Of a DNA stretch of 64,000 nucleotides, positions 27,226 to 35,540 are shown in pieces. Source of the DNA: Planctomycetota bacterium (GTDB taxonomy: Bacteria > Planctomycetota > Phycisphaerae > UBA1845); the NCBI GenBank assembly GCA_043803085.1, contig JAZDKM010000288.1:3063-67062 (forward strand). The letters run 5' to 3'. The translations under genes were made by a program, and so were the position numbers. Each line of letters starts with the position of its first letter. Position 1 is the stretch's first letter. The notes beneath the pieces were generated by a model, which worked only from the letters and a program-made list of their open reading frames with translations, made no database searches and had not been told where the DNA came from.

Positions 27226-28761
27226 CTAATCCAGATAACCCAGCGAACGCAAACGTTCTTCCTCCTCGGGGGACAGCACCGCCTGGGTGGGCGCGCCCCC
27301 CCGATCGGCCACGGCCTTCATGTCCGCCCGCCACTGGGCCAGCCGCGCGGCAAGGTCGGCGACCAGTTCCTCGCGGCCCCCCGCGATGGGGTGGAGTTCG
27401 GCGGGATCTTCCACAACATTGTAGAGTTCGGTGACCCCGGCCAGCTCTTGCTGGATCAGCTTATAGTCACCCACACGCACCCCAAACCAGTTCTCCGTCT
27501 CGGACCATTTCTCCCCGGTGCTTTTCCGCTTCGCGAACCAGACCGACACGAGTTCATAGAACGTCGGGTCGAGGGGCGCCCGGGGGTCGGCCAGCAACGA
27601 CACCCCCTGTTGCCCGTCGGGGATCCGGCACTGCCCCAGGTCCAGCACGGTCGGAAACAGGTCCATCAGATTTACCATTCGTCCCTCTCGGCGGGCCTCC
27701 CTCTGGCCGGGGTACTTGACCACCAGCGGCACGTGGAGCGATTCGACGTGCAGGTCGTATTTGTGGCCCAGGCCCCCGTGCTCATAGAACTGCTCGCCGT
27801 GATCGGCGGTCAGAATGATCGCCGCGTCCTCCCACAGGCCCAGGGTTTGCAGCCGATCGAAGAGTTTTTTCAGATAGCCGTCGGTGCAGCGGAGTTCGCC
27901 GTCATACTGGGCTTTGACGTATTCGAGCTCGGCCGGCGTGATGTGCTTGCCCAGCTTGTAGTAACGATGAAACTCCGGGGTCTGTTTCGGCTTCAGCGCC
28001 CCTGCGGGGACGAACATGCTGTCATAAGGCGGTGGGGGGATGAACTGGTAGTGCGGGTCCCAGAAGTACAGGAACAGGAAAAACGGGCTGTCGGCCCGGC
28101 GCACCCGGCTCAAAAAGACATTGATCTGGGCTTCCATCCTCCCGTTCGTGATGTCGTTGTGCGCGTTGACTTTGGGCGGCGAGATCGGCGTTTCGTCGTA
28201 CGTCTGAAACCCCTGATTCAGCCCGTGGGCCTTCTTGAGATAGGGACCGCTGATGATGGCCGCGGTCTGGTAACCATAGTCGGCCAGAATCTCGGCCATC
28301 GTCTTCCAGGAATCGTTCAGCCGGTCCTTTTCGTGGAGCACGTTGTGCGCCGACGGATAGAGCCCGGTGAAAATGGAGGCATGCGACGTGAGCGTCCAAC
28401 TGGTGACGGCAAAAGCGTTCTCGTAGAGCGTGGCCGCGCGGGCCAGCGCGTCCATGGTCGGGGTCGTGTCCCGCTCGTAACCGTAGCATCCGGCGTGGTC
28501 GGCGCGCACCGATTCCACGGAGATCAGCACGATGCTGGGCCGCTTCAGCAGGGCCGTCCGCGCCGGGGCCGGTTTCTCGGTCTTCGCGCACGCGCCCCCG
28601 AACAACGCGGCCGCGAGCGCCGCGCAAACCGCCGACCGCCCTCGCTCCGCTCTACGCGGCGCGCTCGGCCGATATCCCCGTTGCGCTGGCGGGGAAGAGC
28701 GGGCGACCCATCTTCTCGGTAATGGGGGAGGAAAGCCGCACTGCGGATCGGGCGTCTTCAC
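27226..28761 (-). CDS. sulfatase-fold (alkaline-phosphatase superfamily) hydrolase/transferase lacking the C/S-x-P-x-R formylglycine motif
   Basis: 'IVLISVESVRADHAGCYGY...TPTMDAL' and 'ILTADHGEQFYEHG' are sulfatase-family blocks. The nucleophile segment reads 'TSWTLTSHASIFTGLYP' instead of CxPSRxxxxTG. The start is uncertain (in-frame GTG at 28761). The track ORF runs to 29139 across repeat DNA. Confidence 0.8.
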   Translation of the reverse strand: MKTPDPQCGFPPPLPRRWVARSSPPAQRGYRPSAPRRAERGRSAVCAALAAALFGGACAKTEKPAPARTALLKRPSIVLISVESVRADHAGCYGYERDTTPTMDALARAATLYENAFAVTSWTLTSHASIFTGLYPSAHNVLHEKDRLNDSWKTMAEILADYGYQTAAIISGPYLKKAHGLNQGFQTYDETPISPPKVNAHNDITNGRMEAQINVFLSRVRRADSPFFLFLYFWDPHYQFIPPPPYDSMFVPAGALKPKQTPEFHRYYKLGKHITPAELEYVKAQYDGELRCTDGYLKKLFDRLQTLGLWEDAAIILTADHGEQFYEHGGLGHKYDLHVESLHVPLVVKYPGQREARREGRMVNLMDLFPTVLDLGQCRIPDGQQGVSLLADPRAPLDPTFYELVSVWFAKRKSTGEKWSETENWFGVRVGDYKLIQQELAGVTELYNVVEDPAELHPIAGGREELVADLAARLAQWRADMKAVADRGGAPTQAVLSPEEEERLRSLGYLD

Positions 28762-28876
28762 ACCGCCAGTGTACGAGCACCCGCCCGATCGAGCAACGAA
28801 GCAGCAGCCTGCCTGTCTGCCGACAGGCCCGCCGCTACCCTTGCCTATCACATATTGGCGTGGCCATGCCAATTCC

Positions 28877-28949
28877 GTAGGGTCCGCGCTCGCGGACCAA
28901 GAGGGTGCATGCCCGCCCACCGGGAGTGGTGCACGAGCGCGCACCCTAC
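28877..28949. repeat. inverted pair of GTAGGGTSCGCGCTCGYGSACC REP-like units
   Basis: GTAGGGTCCGCGCTCGCGGACC is at 28877-28898, and its near reverse complement GGTGCACGAGCGCGCACCCTAC is at 28928-28949. The first unit recurs identically at 57484-57505. Confidence 0.8.
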
Positions 28950-28963
28950 CGCTTTCTGATTTC

Positions 28964-29024
28964 GACGTTTCGAGGTTTTGACCTTTTCTTTCGACGTTTT
29001 GACGTTTCGACGTTTCGACGTTTT
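28964..29024 (+). repeat. (GACGTTTY)n octanucleotide array
   Basis: Four contiguous units at 28993-29024 plus a degenerate copy at 28964-28971. Lies between the dockerin-like ORF stop and the sulfatase-like gene. Confidence 0.85.
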
Positions 29025-29026
29025 GG

Positions 29027-29329
29027 TTAGTGTCCGCTTGGCTTCGTAGGCTTCGGCAAGAAAGATACCCGCGGATACACCGCGCTGGCGTCGGCGTTCT
29101 TGACGTAGCCGTCCCCATCCACGTCGTAACGGTTGTCATCCGGCACGGGCAGGAACGATACCCGCGGATACACCGCGCTGGCGTCGGCGTTTTGCACGTA
29201 ACCGTCGTTGTTCACGTCGCCCATGAGCACCACGTATTGCACCTCGAACAGACGCGCAGCCGGCTTGCGAACCGGCTGAAGGCTGAGGGTTTTATAGCCT
29301 CGCAGTTGCTGACCAGCCGCTAGAACCAA
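29027..29329 (-). CDS. orphan ORF with two dockerin/EF-hand-like repeats, possibly a gene fragment
   Basis: 'DVNNDGYVQNADASAVYPRVSFLP' and 'DVDGDGYVKNADASAVYPRVSFLP' come from a ~90-bp direct DNA repeat. The ORF has only a TTG start, no signal peptide and no upstream coding sequence. Confidence 0.35.
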   Translation of the reverse strand: MVLAAGQQLRGYKTLSLQPVRKPAARLFEVQYVVLMGDVNNDGYVQNADASAVYPRVSFLPVPDDNRYDVDGDGYVKNADASAVYPRVSFLPKPTKPSGH

Positions 29330-29721
29330 AGTGAGATTGCGTCCACAGGTACGCCTCCGCGCGCCCGGTCGCTCGGCTGCAGGCGCACTTCGTCACGAAG
29401 GATGGCGGTGCAGCGAATAATTGACGATAATGGTGATGAGAGGAATGTGCATCGATGCTGTGGCCCCTATCGCAAAACACAAGTAGTTGCGCACGGGCAT
29501 TCGCGGCGTGAATCACCGACGAACGAGGCTGCCGGAACGAGTCGGAGTTCCGCTCCCTTTGGGGACACTCGATGAGCAGCAGGGCCAAGAACACGGCCTT
29601 GCTCTGTTCGATCGGCTCTTGGTTCGATTCGACGCTCGTGATCCGAGAGTCCGAACACTGACCCGCTTGGTCTGAACGGGAAACCAATGCTTGGACCGGT
29701 AAGCTCACGTGTGGCTGAAAC

Positions 29722-30771
29722 ATGATCACCATCGATGGCGCACAGGGCGAAGGCGGTGGGCAGATTCTGCGGACTGCGCTGGCGCTCTCGCTCATCACCG
29801 GCCGGCCGTTCCGGATTGCGCGCATCCGCGCGGGGCGTGAACGGCCCGGCCTGAAGCGCCAGCACTTGACCGCGGTGCGGGCGGCGGCGGAGATCGGCCA
29901 CGCCGAGCTGCACGGTGCAGAATTGGGCTCGACCGAACTCACGTTTCGCCCGGGCCCCGTCGCCGCAGGCGAGTATCGTTTCGACGTCGGCACGGCCGGC
30001 AGTGTGAGCCTCGTACTACAGACCGTCCTGCCGCCGCTGCTGCGGGCAGGCGCGCCTTCAGTAGTGGCACTCACGGGCGGGACGCACAACATGCACGCAC
30101 CGCCGGTCGATTTCCTCGCGAAGGCGTTCGCGCCGATTCTCAACCGCCTGGGGGCAGACTCGGATAGACCGGTGCTCGACCTGCAGCTTGTGCGACCCGG
30201 CTTCTACCCGGCGGGTGGAGGTGAGGCGCTCGCGACCATCACGCCACCGGCATCGTGGCGTCCGCTCACCTTGTTCGAGCGCGGGCTGGCCCGCCATCGC
30301 CGCGCACGAGCCATCGTTGCCAACCTATCGCCGGAGATCGCCTGCCGCGAGCTACGGCTGGTGCAGCGGTCGCTCGGTTGGCCGGACGAGGTCTTGTACA
30401 GCGAGGAGGCCGCGGACTCCCGCGGGCCCGGCAACGTCTTGCTCGTCGAATTGGCCTACGAGCAGGTGACCGAGGTCTTTACCGGCTTCGGCGCGCGCGG
30501 CGTAACGGCGGAGCAAGTGGCGATGCGCACCGTGGACGAGGTGCGCCGCTATGTCAAGAGCGATGCCCCGGTCGGCGAGCACTTGGTTGACCAGCTTCTC
30601 CTGCCGCTCGCCCTAGGCGCGGGTGGATCGTTCCGCGCCATCGACCTTACGCCCCACGCGAAAACAAACATCGATGTGATCCGCACATTTCTTGATGTCG
30701 CGATCGAGACATCGTGCGAGGAATCCGGTTGCTGGCGCGTGAGTGTCGGTGGAGGTGCTAAAAAGTTGTAA
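29722..30771 (+). CDS. rtcA: RNA 3'-terminal phosphate cyclase
   Basis: 'IDGAQGEGGGQILRTALALSLITGRPFRIARIRAGR..PGLKRQHL' is the RtcA N-terminal signature; 349 aa. Confidence 0.9.
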   Translation: MITIDGAQGEGGGQILRTALALSLITGRPFRIARIRAGRERPGLKRQHLTAVRAAAEIGHAELHGAELGSTELTFRPGPVAAGEYRFDVGTAGSVSLVLQTVLPPLLRAGAPSVVALTGGTHNMHAPPVDFLAKAFAPILNRLGADSDRPVLDLQLVRPGFYPAGGGEALATITPPASWRPLTLFERGLARHRRARAIVANLSPEIACRELRLVQRSLGWPDEVLYSEEAADSRGPGNVLLVELAYEQVTEVFTGFGARGVTAEQVAMRTVDEVRRYVKSDAPVGEHLVDQLLLPLALGAGGSFRAIDLTPHAKTNIDVIRTFLDVAIETSCEESGCWRVSVGGGAKKL

Positions 30772-30920
30772 CCCCCCGGCCCGTAACGCTATCGTCCAAC
30801 TTCGACATGGTGACGCCTCCTCTTCAGGCCGCACGGATTAGGAATTCCGGAGAGGAGGTCGGCTGCATGCCGCTGTCCGTCAGTACGAGTCTGTGCCTGG
30901 CACGATACTGAGACCAGTCG

Positions 30921-31679
30921 TCATTCACGTTTCGCGCCCTCACGCAACCGCAGCAGGAGATCATTGAGGGCGACTCTTGCCGTCGGCTCCTCCGCCAGCA
31001 CACTCGCGTCGTGCGCTTGCTCCAACTCCGTCGTCAGCCGCTGGCACTCCCGCGCATGGAAGTCGAAATCCGCGTCGTGCAGGGGTCCGTGTTCGGGGCC
31101 GCTGAGCTTCTGGGCGATCAGGTCGTCGATGTAGTCCAATCGGAACTGCTGGTTCAATTTGACGAGGTTGGCCTCCACGATGCCGGTCCGCATCAGGTGG
31201 ATGCCGGTCAGCAGCACGCGGTACACATACAGCAGCGGCTTGACGCGCCGGTCCTTCTCGAACAGGCGCCACTGCGTGCGGACGAACCCGAGGTAGTGGT
31301 GAGCATGGTGCCGGGTGAGGCACCCGTGGGCGATGTCCTTCAGTTCGGCGTGCTCCGGCGTTGTGTGCACGACCAGCGGCGAATAGAGCTGTTCGAGCAC
31401 ATATCCGTTGTGTTTCAGCAACATCAGGAAGAACTTACGCACGTCGTGGGTGACGAGGTCCACCTCGCGTCTGTCCCGAACGCCGGAGACCTCGATTGTC
31501 TCGCGCCCGGGGTGGAGGCCGATCACTTCGCGCACGGGCAGGATATGCGCGCCGCGAAGGTCATAGTCGGAGTCTGCCGAGGGGAAACCGTACAAGTGAG
31601 CGCCGCTGATGGTCACGAAAAGCAGCGGGTACGGCTGCTCGCAAACGACGGCTTGGAATAGTGCGGTATCGATCAACAT
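30921..31679 (-). CDS. PF10127 (RlaP-type, Pol-beta superfamily) nucleotidyltransferase
   Basis: 'TISGAHLYGFPSADSDYDLRG' is the GS-x-YG...SDxD NTase motif. A helical C-terminal domain is typical of the family. Confidence 0.75.
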   Translation of the reverse strand: MLIDTALFQAVVCEQPYPLLFVTISGAHLYGFPSADSDYDLRGAHILPVREVIGLHPGRETIEVSGVRDRREVDLVTHDVRKFFLMLLKHNGYVLEQLYSPLVVHTTPEHAELKDIAHGCLTRHHAHHYLGFVRTQWRLFEKDRRVKPLLYVYRVLLTGIHLMRTGIVEANLVKLNQQFRLDYIDDLIAQKLSGPEHGPLHDADFDFHARECQRLTTELEQAHDASVLAEEPTARVALNDLLLRLREGAKRE

Positions 31680-31774
31680 AGATCCTCAGAGGAAAGGTCG
31701 TTGAGGAACGCCCGTGGATCACGGACGAATCGGGCAACCTCCCTGCCCAGACAGCTCGAATCCGTCGTCCATCG

Positions 31775-32686
31775 TCAGTCTACCACCATACTCCGCCGGG
31801 CCTTGATCAGCAGCCCGTTCGCCCGCTCGTAATCCGGCCGGTCCGGCAGCTTTGTCGCCGCGTACGCCGCGTCGAACTCGCGGTGCAGCGCCAGCCGCCA
31901 CGCGTTGATCTCCTTCCATGGCAGGGTGCCGTCGCGGATCGCCAGGAGTTGCGCGCGGTGTTCCTCGACGCTGACCGGCACACGCCCCTCGCGCAGGGCC
32001 GTGATCCCTGACAACAGCAGGCGGATGAGGTGCATGGCGTGCTTCCACTTGATCGTCCCGTGCCGGCTCAGGTGCGCGTCCAACTTCTTGAACTGGCTCA
32101 GCACGTAGCCGTTGTAGGTCTGATACACCAGCTTCGACAGGAACACGCCCCGCATCGCCCGTAGCTCCTCGGCCAGCGGGGTTGCGTGCTCCACCAGAGG
32201 GGTGTACAGGCACTCCAGCACGTTGGGGTTGGCCTTCAGTGCCAGCACGATGAACTTCTGCAGCTCCCAGTACGCTTCTTCCGTCGCCAGGTTCTCGAGC
32301 TGCTCCGACACGCCGTACAGCGACCAGTGCATCTCCGCGGGCGGCAGATAGATGCCACGGCGGTCCGTGTCGGATTCGTCGCTGGCCAAGCCGTACGCCC
32401 GCGACCCCACAATGCAGCGGTAGATCACGCAGTCGGACAACTCGAATTCGCCCAGCGCGTCCACGGCGCCGCCGGCCGCATCCGCCTGCACGTGCTTGAG
32501 TAATGTGAACTCGGTCCGGCAGAGCGGGGCCTCGCTGCCGTCGGGGAACCGCACGCGGTATGCATGGTCCTGGTCCATCGGCGACTTGATAATCACGCCG
32601 ACAGCGCCGGCTGGCTGAACTGCGGCGGCATCCCGCGGCGAGAGCGGGTCGCGCAGCACAACCTTCGTGCCGGCCGAAAGGATCAT
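31775..32686 (-). CDS. PF10127 (RlaP-type) nucleotidyltransferase paralog with ~85-aa N-terminal extension
   Basis: 'IVGSRAYGLASDESDTDRRGIY' plus 'ECLYTPLVEH...YNGYVLSQFKKL'. Start taken at the ATG at 32686 (MILSAGTKVV...). The track ORF runs to 33055 through repeat DNA. Confidence 0.75.
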   Translation of the reverse strand: MILSAGTKVVLRDPLSPRDAAAVQPAGAVGVIIKSPMDQDHAYRVRFPDGSEAPLCRTEFTLLKHVQADAAGGAVDALGEFELSDCVIYRCIVGSRAYGLASDESDTDRRGIYLPPAEMHWSLYGVSEQLENLATEEAYWELQKFIVLALKANPNVLECLYTPLVEHATPLAEELRAMRGVFLSKLVYQTYNGYVLSQFKKLDAHLSRHGTIKWKHAMHLIRLLLSGITALREGRVPVSVEEHRAQLLAIRDGTLPWKEINAWRLALHREFDAAYAATKLPDRPDYERANGLLIKARRSMVVD

Positions 32687-33006
32687 GTTCGGGTTGTGGA
32701 CGATCCTACGCGCCACGCGAGGCTCCGCGCCATTCTCAGTCGTCGCCCGTACTGCCGTGTGGGATCCTCGCATGAGAAGCGGCCTACGGGCAATCCCGAT
32801 CGGCGGAGTGCACCAATAACCCAGCGGAGAGGTGTTTGACCGCCGGCTTGAGTGCCCGACCAGCAGCGAACGGCACCGCGTCCTGTGTCTTGCGGTCGCG
32901 GAGGAATTCGTCTCGACCGCCTGCGGCGAACTCGACGGGTGGCATGGCCAAGCGCAGCGCGGCCCTGTTGCGTGCAGCCCGTGCATAGGATGGTCGAAGG
33001 ACGCAA

Positions 33007-33053
33007 CATGCCCGCGCTTCGCTCCACTGCGTTCCGCTCCGCTTGGGCATGCC
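33007..33053. repeat. REP-like element CATGCCCGCGCT...GGGCATGCC
   Basis: Terminal inverted repeat CATGCCC/GGGCATG. A close copy in reverse orientation is at 59729-59796, and a partial copy lies near 113-130. Confidence 0.7.
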
Positions 33054-33356
33054 ACCCCGCCGCCACATCAGAATAGCACTTGAGCGCACGTGGGCAGCGA
33101 GTTCCCGCTGGATCGGTTCGAGTCGTGAGGCCCCAAACGCGGACGCGGGCAATGGCGGACATGGCATGGTCCTCCCGACCTACGGCCTCCATCGTACCAG
33201 AAACCCGATCCGCCCTGGAAGCCCTCAGCACGTCAAAACTTTTGGCAGGCGGGTGGCAAGGGTCCGTGTTCTGGCTCACTCGGCGCTTGGGCGCACGAGT
33301 TCGGCAAGGGCCTCGTCAAAGACTCGGCCCCTGACGGGCCCATGCCACCCGCCCGA

Positions 33357-33611
33357 TCAACGATAGGCGTCGCGTCGATGACGGACATACATCGCCCGCA
33401 CGACCAGGGCTGCGTCGTCGACCTCGTACACCACACGATACTCACCGACCCGTATCCGCCAATCGTTGGCCGAACCGGCGAGCTTTCGACACCCCCTCGG
33501 TCTCGGATTGGCACCCAACGCCCGAATAGCGCGGACCACACGCGCAAAGACTTCTGGCGGCAGGCGGCGCAGATCGCGTTGCGCCCGCTTCTCAAGGAGG
33601 ACTTCATGCAC
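33357..33611 (-). CDS. RelE/ParE-family type II toxin
   Basis: 84 aa. '...RLPPEVFARVVRAIRALGANPRPRGCRKLAGS.NDWRIRVGEYRVVYEVDD' is a typical RelE/ParE layout. Overlaps the upstream antitoxin by 8 nt. Confidence 0.8.
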   Translation of the reverse strand: MHEVLLEKRAQRDLRRLPPEVFARVVRAIRALGANPRPRGCRKLAGSANDWRIRVGEYRVVYEVDDAALVVRAMYVRHRRDAYR

Positions 33612-33807
33612 GGGTGCCCCGCTCGCTCAGAAAGTCGTCCAGCTTCTTGAATTGCAGGCACTTCTTGCGCTGGGCCTTGAGCCGCTTGCGGTCGTAAACG
33701 TCCTCGACACGCTCCAGGAGCTTCTCGTACTCGCGGATGTCCAGGATGACCGCCGCGGGCTTTCCGTCTCGAAGCACAAGCTCGGGTTTTCGGCACACAG
33801 ATCCCAT
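33604..33807 (-). CDS. Phd/YefM-type antitoxin
   Basis: 'LVLRDGKPAAVILDIREYEKLLERVEDVYD' is an antitoxin N-terminal motif. Start taken at the ATG at 33807; the track ORF starts at 33864. Confidence 0.75.
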   Translation of the reverse strand: MGSVCRKPELVLRDGKPAAVILDIREYEKLLERVEDVYDRKRLKAQRKKCLQFKKLDDFLSERGTRA

Positions 33808-33916
33808 ACCTGCGACCCTCAATAAAACCCCTTCAGGATAACACCGCCGGGCGAGAAGGTCCACGGCTCGATCGAGCGATGCCCTCCTGGTCGGGAATCC
33901 AGCCAGCCATTATAAT

Positions 33917-34111
33917 ATGCGAGTGACCCATCCGGAAGATATCCTTTCCCTCGTTCGGCGAAGCGCGCAGGCGAAGCTTCTGTTCCTCCCCCATGCCGTC
34001 AGGCAGATGTCGCGCCCGCTTATCTCCCCAGCCCGGAGTCGTGGGAGGAGGGGTTCAAGAGAAGGAGGCGAGCATGAAGTGCATCCATTGCCAAGGTCTC
34101 ATGGAGCGTGA
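33917..34111 (+). pseudogene. DUF4258-like toxin remnant (only the N-terminal ~35 aa look native)
   Basis: 'LLFLPHAVRQMSRPLISP' resembles the DUF4258 'F..HA..RM.eR.Is' start. After that the frame becomes Arg/Gly junk and overlaps the next gene. Confidence 0.35.
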
Positions 34112-34202
34112 AACGGCGCCCTTCCAACTGAATCGGAAAGGGTATCACCTGGTGTTGGAGAGCGTTCCGGCCTGGGTATGCCGGCAATGCGGGGAACCAT
34201 GA
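34074..34202 (+). CDS. YgiT-type zinc-finger protein (MqsA-N-like antitoxin domain), short
   Basis: Strong SD GAAGGAGG 5 nt upstream. 'MKCIHCQGLMERETAPF...VPAWVCRQCGEP' contains two CxxC pairs. It ends right after the second pair (double stop TGATGA), so it is shorter than typical family members. Confidence 0.55.
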   Translation: MKCIHCQGLMERETAPFQLNRKGYHLVLESVPAWVCRQCGEP

Positions 34203-34285
34203 TGAGGTGCAGGCTCCGTCACACGTCTTGATCGGATGGCTCGTCACCTGTAGCATCCCTGTCGCAATCAACAAGGAGGCCGATC

Positions 34286-35521
34286 GTGGCGACCAAGAGC
34301 ATCGACGAGCAGCTTGCCAGCCTGACCCGGGGGTGCGAAGCCGTCTACACGATGGAGGAACTGAAAGCGCGTCTGGAGCACTCGGCCCAGACGGGCCGAC
34401 CGCTGCGCGTCAAGCTGGGTATGGACCCGACGGCGCCGGACCTGACCCTCGGTCATACGGTCGTGCTGCGGAAGATGCGCGACTTTCAGGACCTGGGTCA
34501 TAAAGCGATTTTGATCATCGGCGATTACACCGCCATGATCGGCGACCCCACCGGCCGGTCGAAAACCCGACCGCTGCTCAGCGATGAGGAAGTGTACACC
34601 AACGCCCAAACCTACCTCGCGCAGGCCGACGCGGTCATCGACACTTCGCCGGAAAAGCTGGAGGTGCGGCGGAATAGTGAATGGCTCTCGGGCATGACCT
34701 TCGCCCAAGTGCTGAGCATGGCGGGCAAGGTCACCGTGGCGCGCATGCTGGAACGCGACACCTTTGCCAAGCGGCAGAAGGAAGGCGTCGAGATCTACCT
34801 CCACGAGCTGTTTTACCCCCTGATGCAGGCGCGAGACAGCGTCGAGATCGAGGCCGACGTCGAACTCGGCGGCACGGACCAGACGTTTAACAACCTCATG
34901 GGCCGCGATTCGCAGCGCATCGCCGGGCAGCCGCCGCAGATCGTCATGATCATGCCGATCCTGGTCGGCCTCGACGGGCGCGAGAAGATGAGCAAGTCGT
35001 TGGGCAACTACGTGGGCGTCTCGGAGAGCGCGTCGGACATGTTCGGCAAGCTGATGAGCATCCCGGACGCGATCATGCGCAATTACTTCGAGTTGCTCAC
35101 GCACACCCCGCTGGCCCGGATCCACGAGTTGCTCGACCCCTCCCGGACGCATCCGCGGGACGCCAAAGTCGTCCTGGCCAAGGAGATTGTCGGGCAGTTC
35201 CATGATGCCGAGGCCGCCGAGCGGGCCGAGGAGGAGTTTTTCCGCATTCACGGGGCGGGCAAGACCGGCTTGCCCGACGAGATCGAAGATGTGACCATCC
35301 CCGTGGCCTTGCTCACGGATGGCGCCATTCCGGCGGCGGACCTGCTCATCCACTGCCGGTTTGCGGAGTCCAAGAGCGACGCCCGCCGGTTGATTAAGGA
35401 AAAGGGCGCCCGCCTGGACGGCGAGGTCCTCTCGGACCCGCTGGGGGCCGTCTCGGTCAAGTCCGGGCAGATCCTCCAACGTGGCAAACGCCGTTTCGTC
35501 CGGCTGGTGATCAGCGGGTGA
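34286..35521 (+). CDS. tyrS: tyrosine--tRNA ligase
   Basis: 'GMDPTAPDLTLGH' (HIGH region), 'KMSKSLGN', and a C-terminal S4-like domain. Confidence 0.95.
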   Translation: MATKSIDEQLASLTRGCEAVYTMEELKARLEHSAQTGRPLRVKLGMDPTAPDLTLGHTVVLRKMRDFQDLGHKAILIIGDYTAMIGDPTGRSKTRPLLSDEEVYTNAQTYLAQADAVIDTSPEKLEVRRNSEWLSGMTFAQVLSMAGKVTVARMLERDTFAKRQKEGVEIYLHELFYPLMQARDSVEIEADVELGGTDQTFNNLMGRDSQRIAGQPPQIVMIMPILVGLDGREKMSKSLGNYVGVSESASDMFGKLMSIPDAIMRNYFELLTHTPLARIHELLDPSRTHPRDAKVVLAKEIVGQFHDAEAAERAEEEFFRIHGAGKTGLPDEIEDVTIPVALLTDGAIPAADLLIHCRFAESKSDARRLIKEKGARLDGEVLSDPLGAVSVKSGQILQRGKRRFVRLVISG

Positions 35522-35540
35522 ACGGTTTCGGATCTCGTCT

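Noticed and set aside
27226-29139. Full 637-aa version of the sulfatase-like ORF.
   Set aside because: The first ~125 codons translate the REP pair and the octamer array (QNVETSKRQNVERKG...), so they are very unlikely to be coding. A downstream in-frame GTG is preferred, although the true start remains uncertain.
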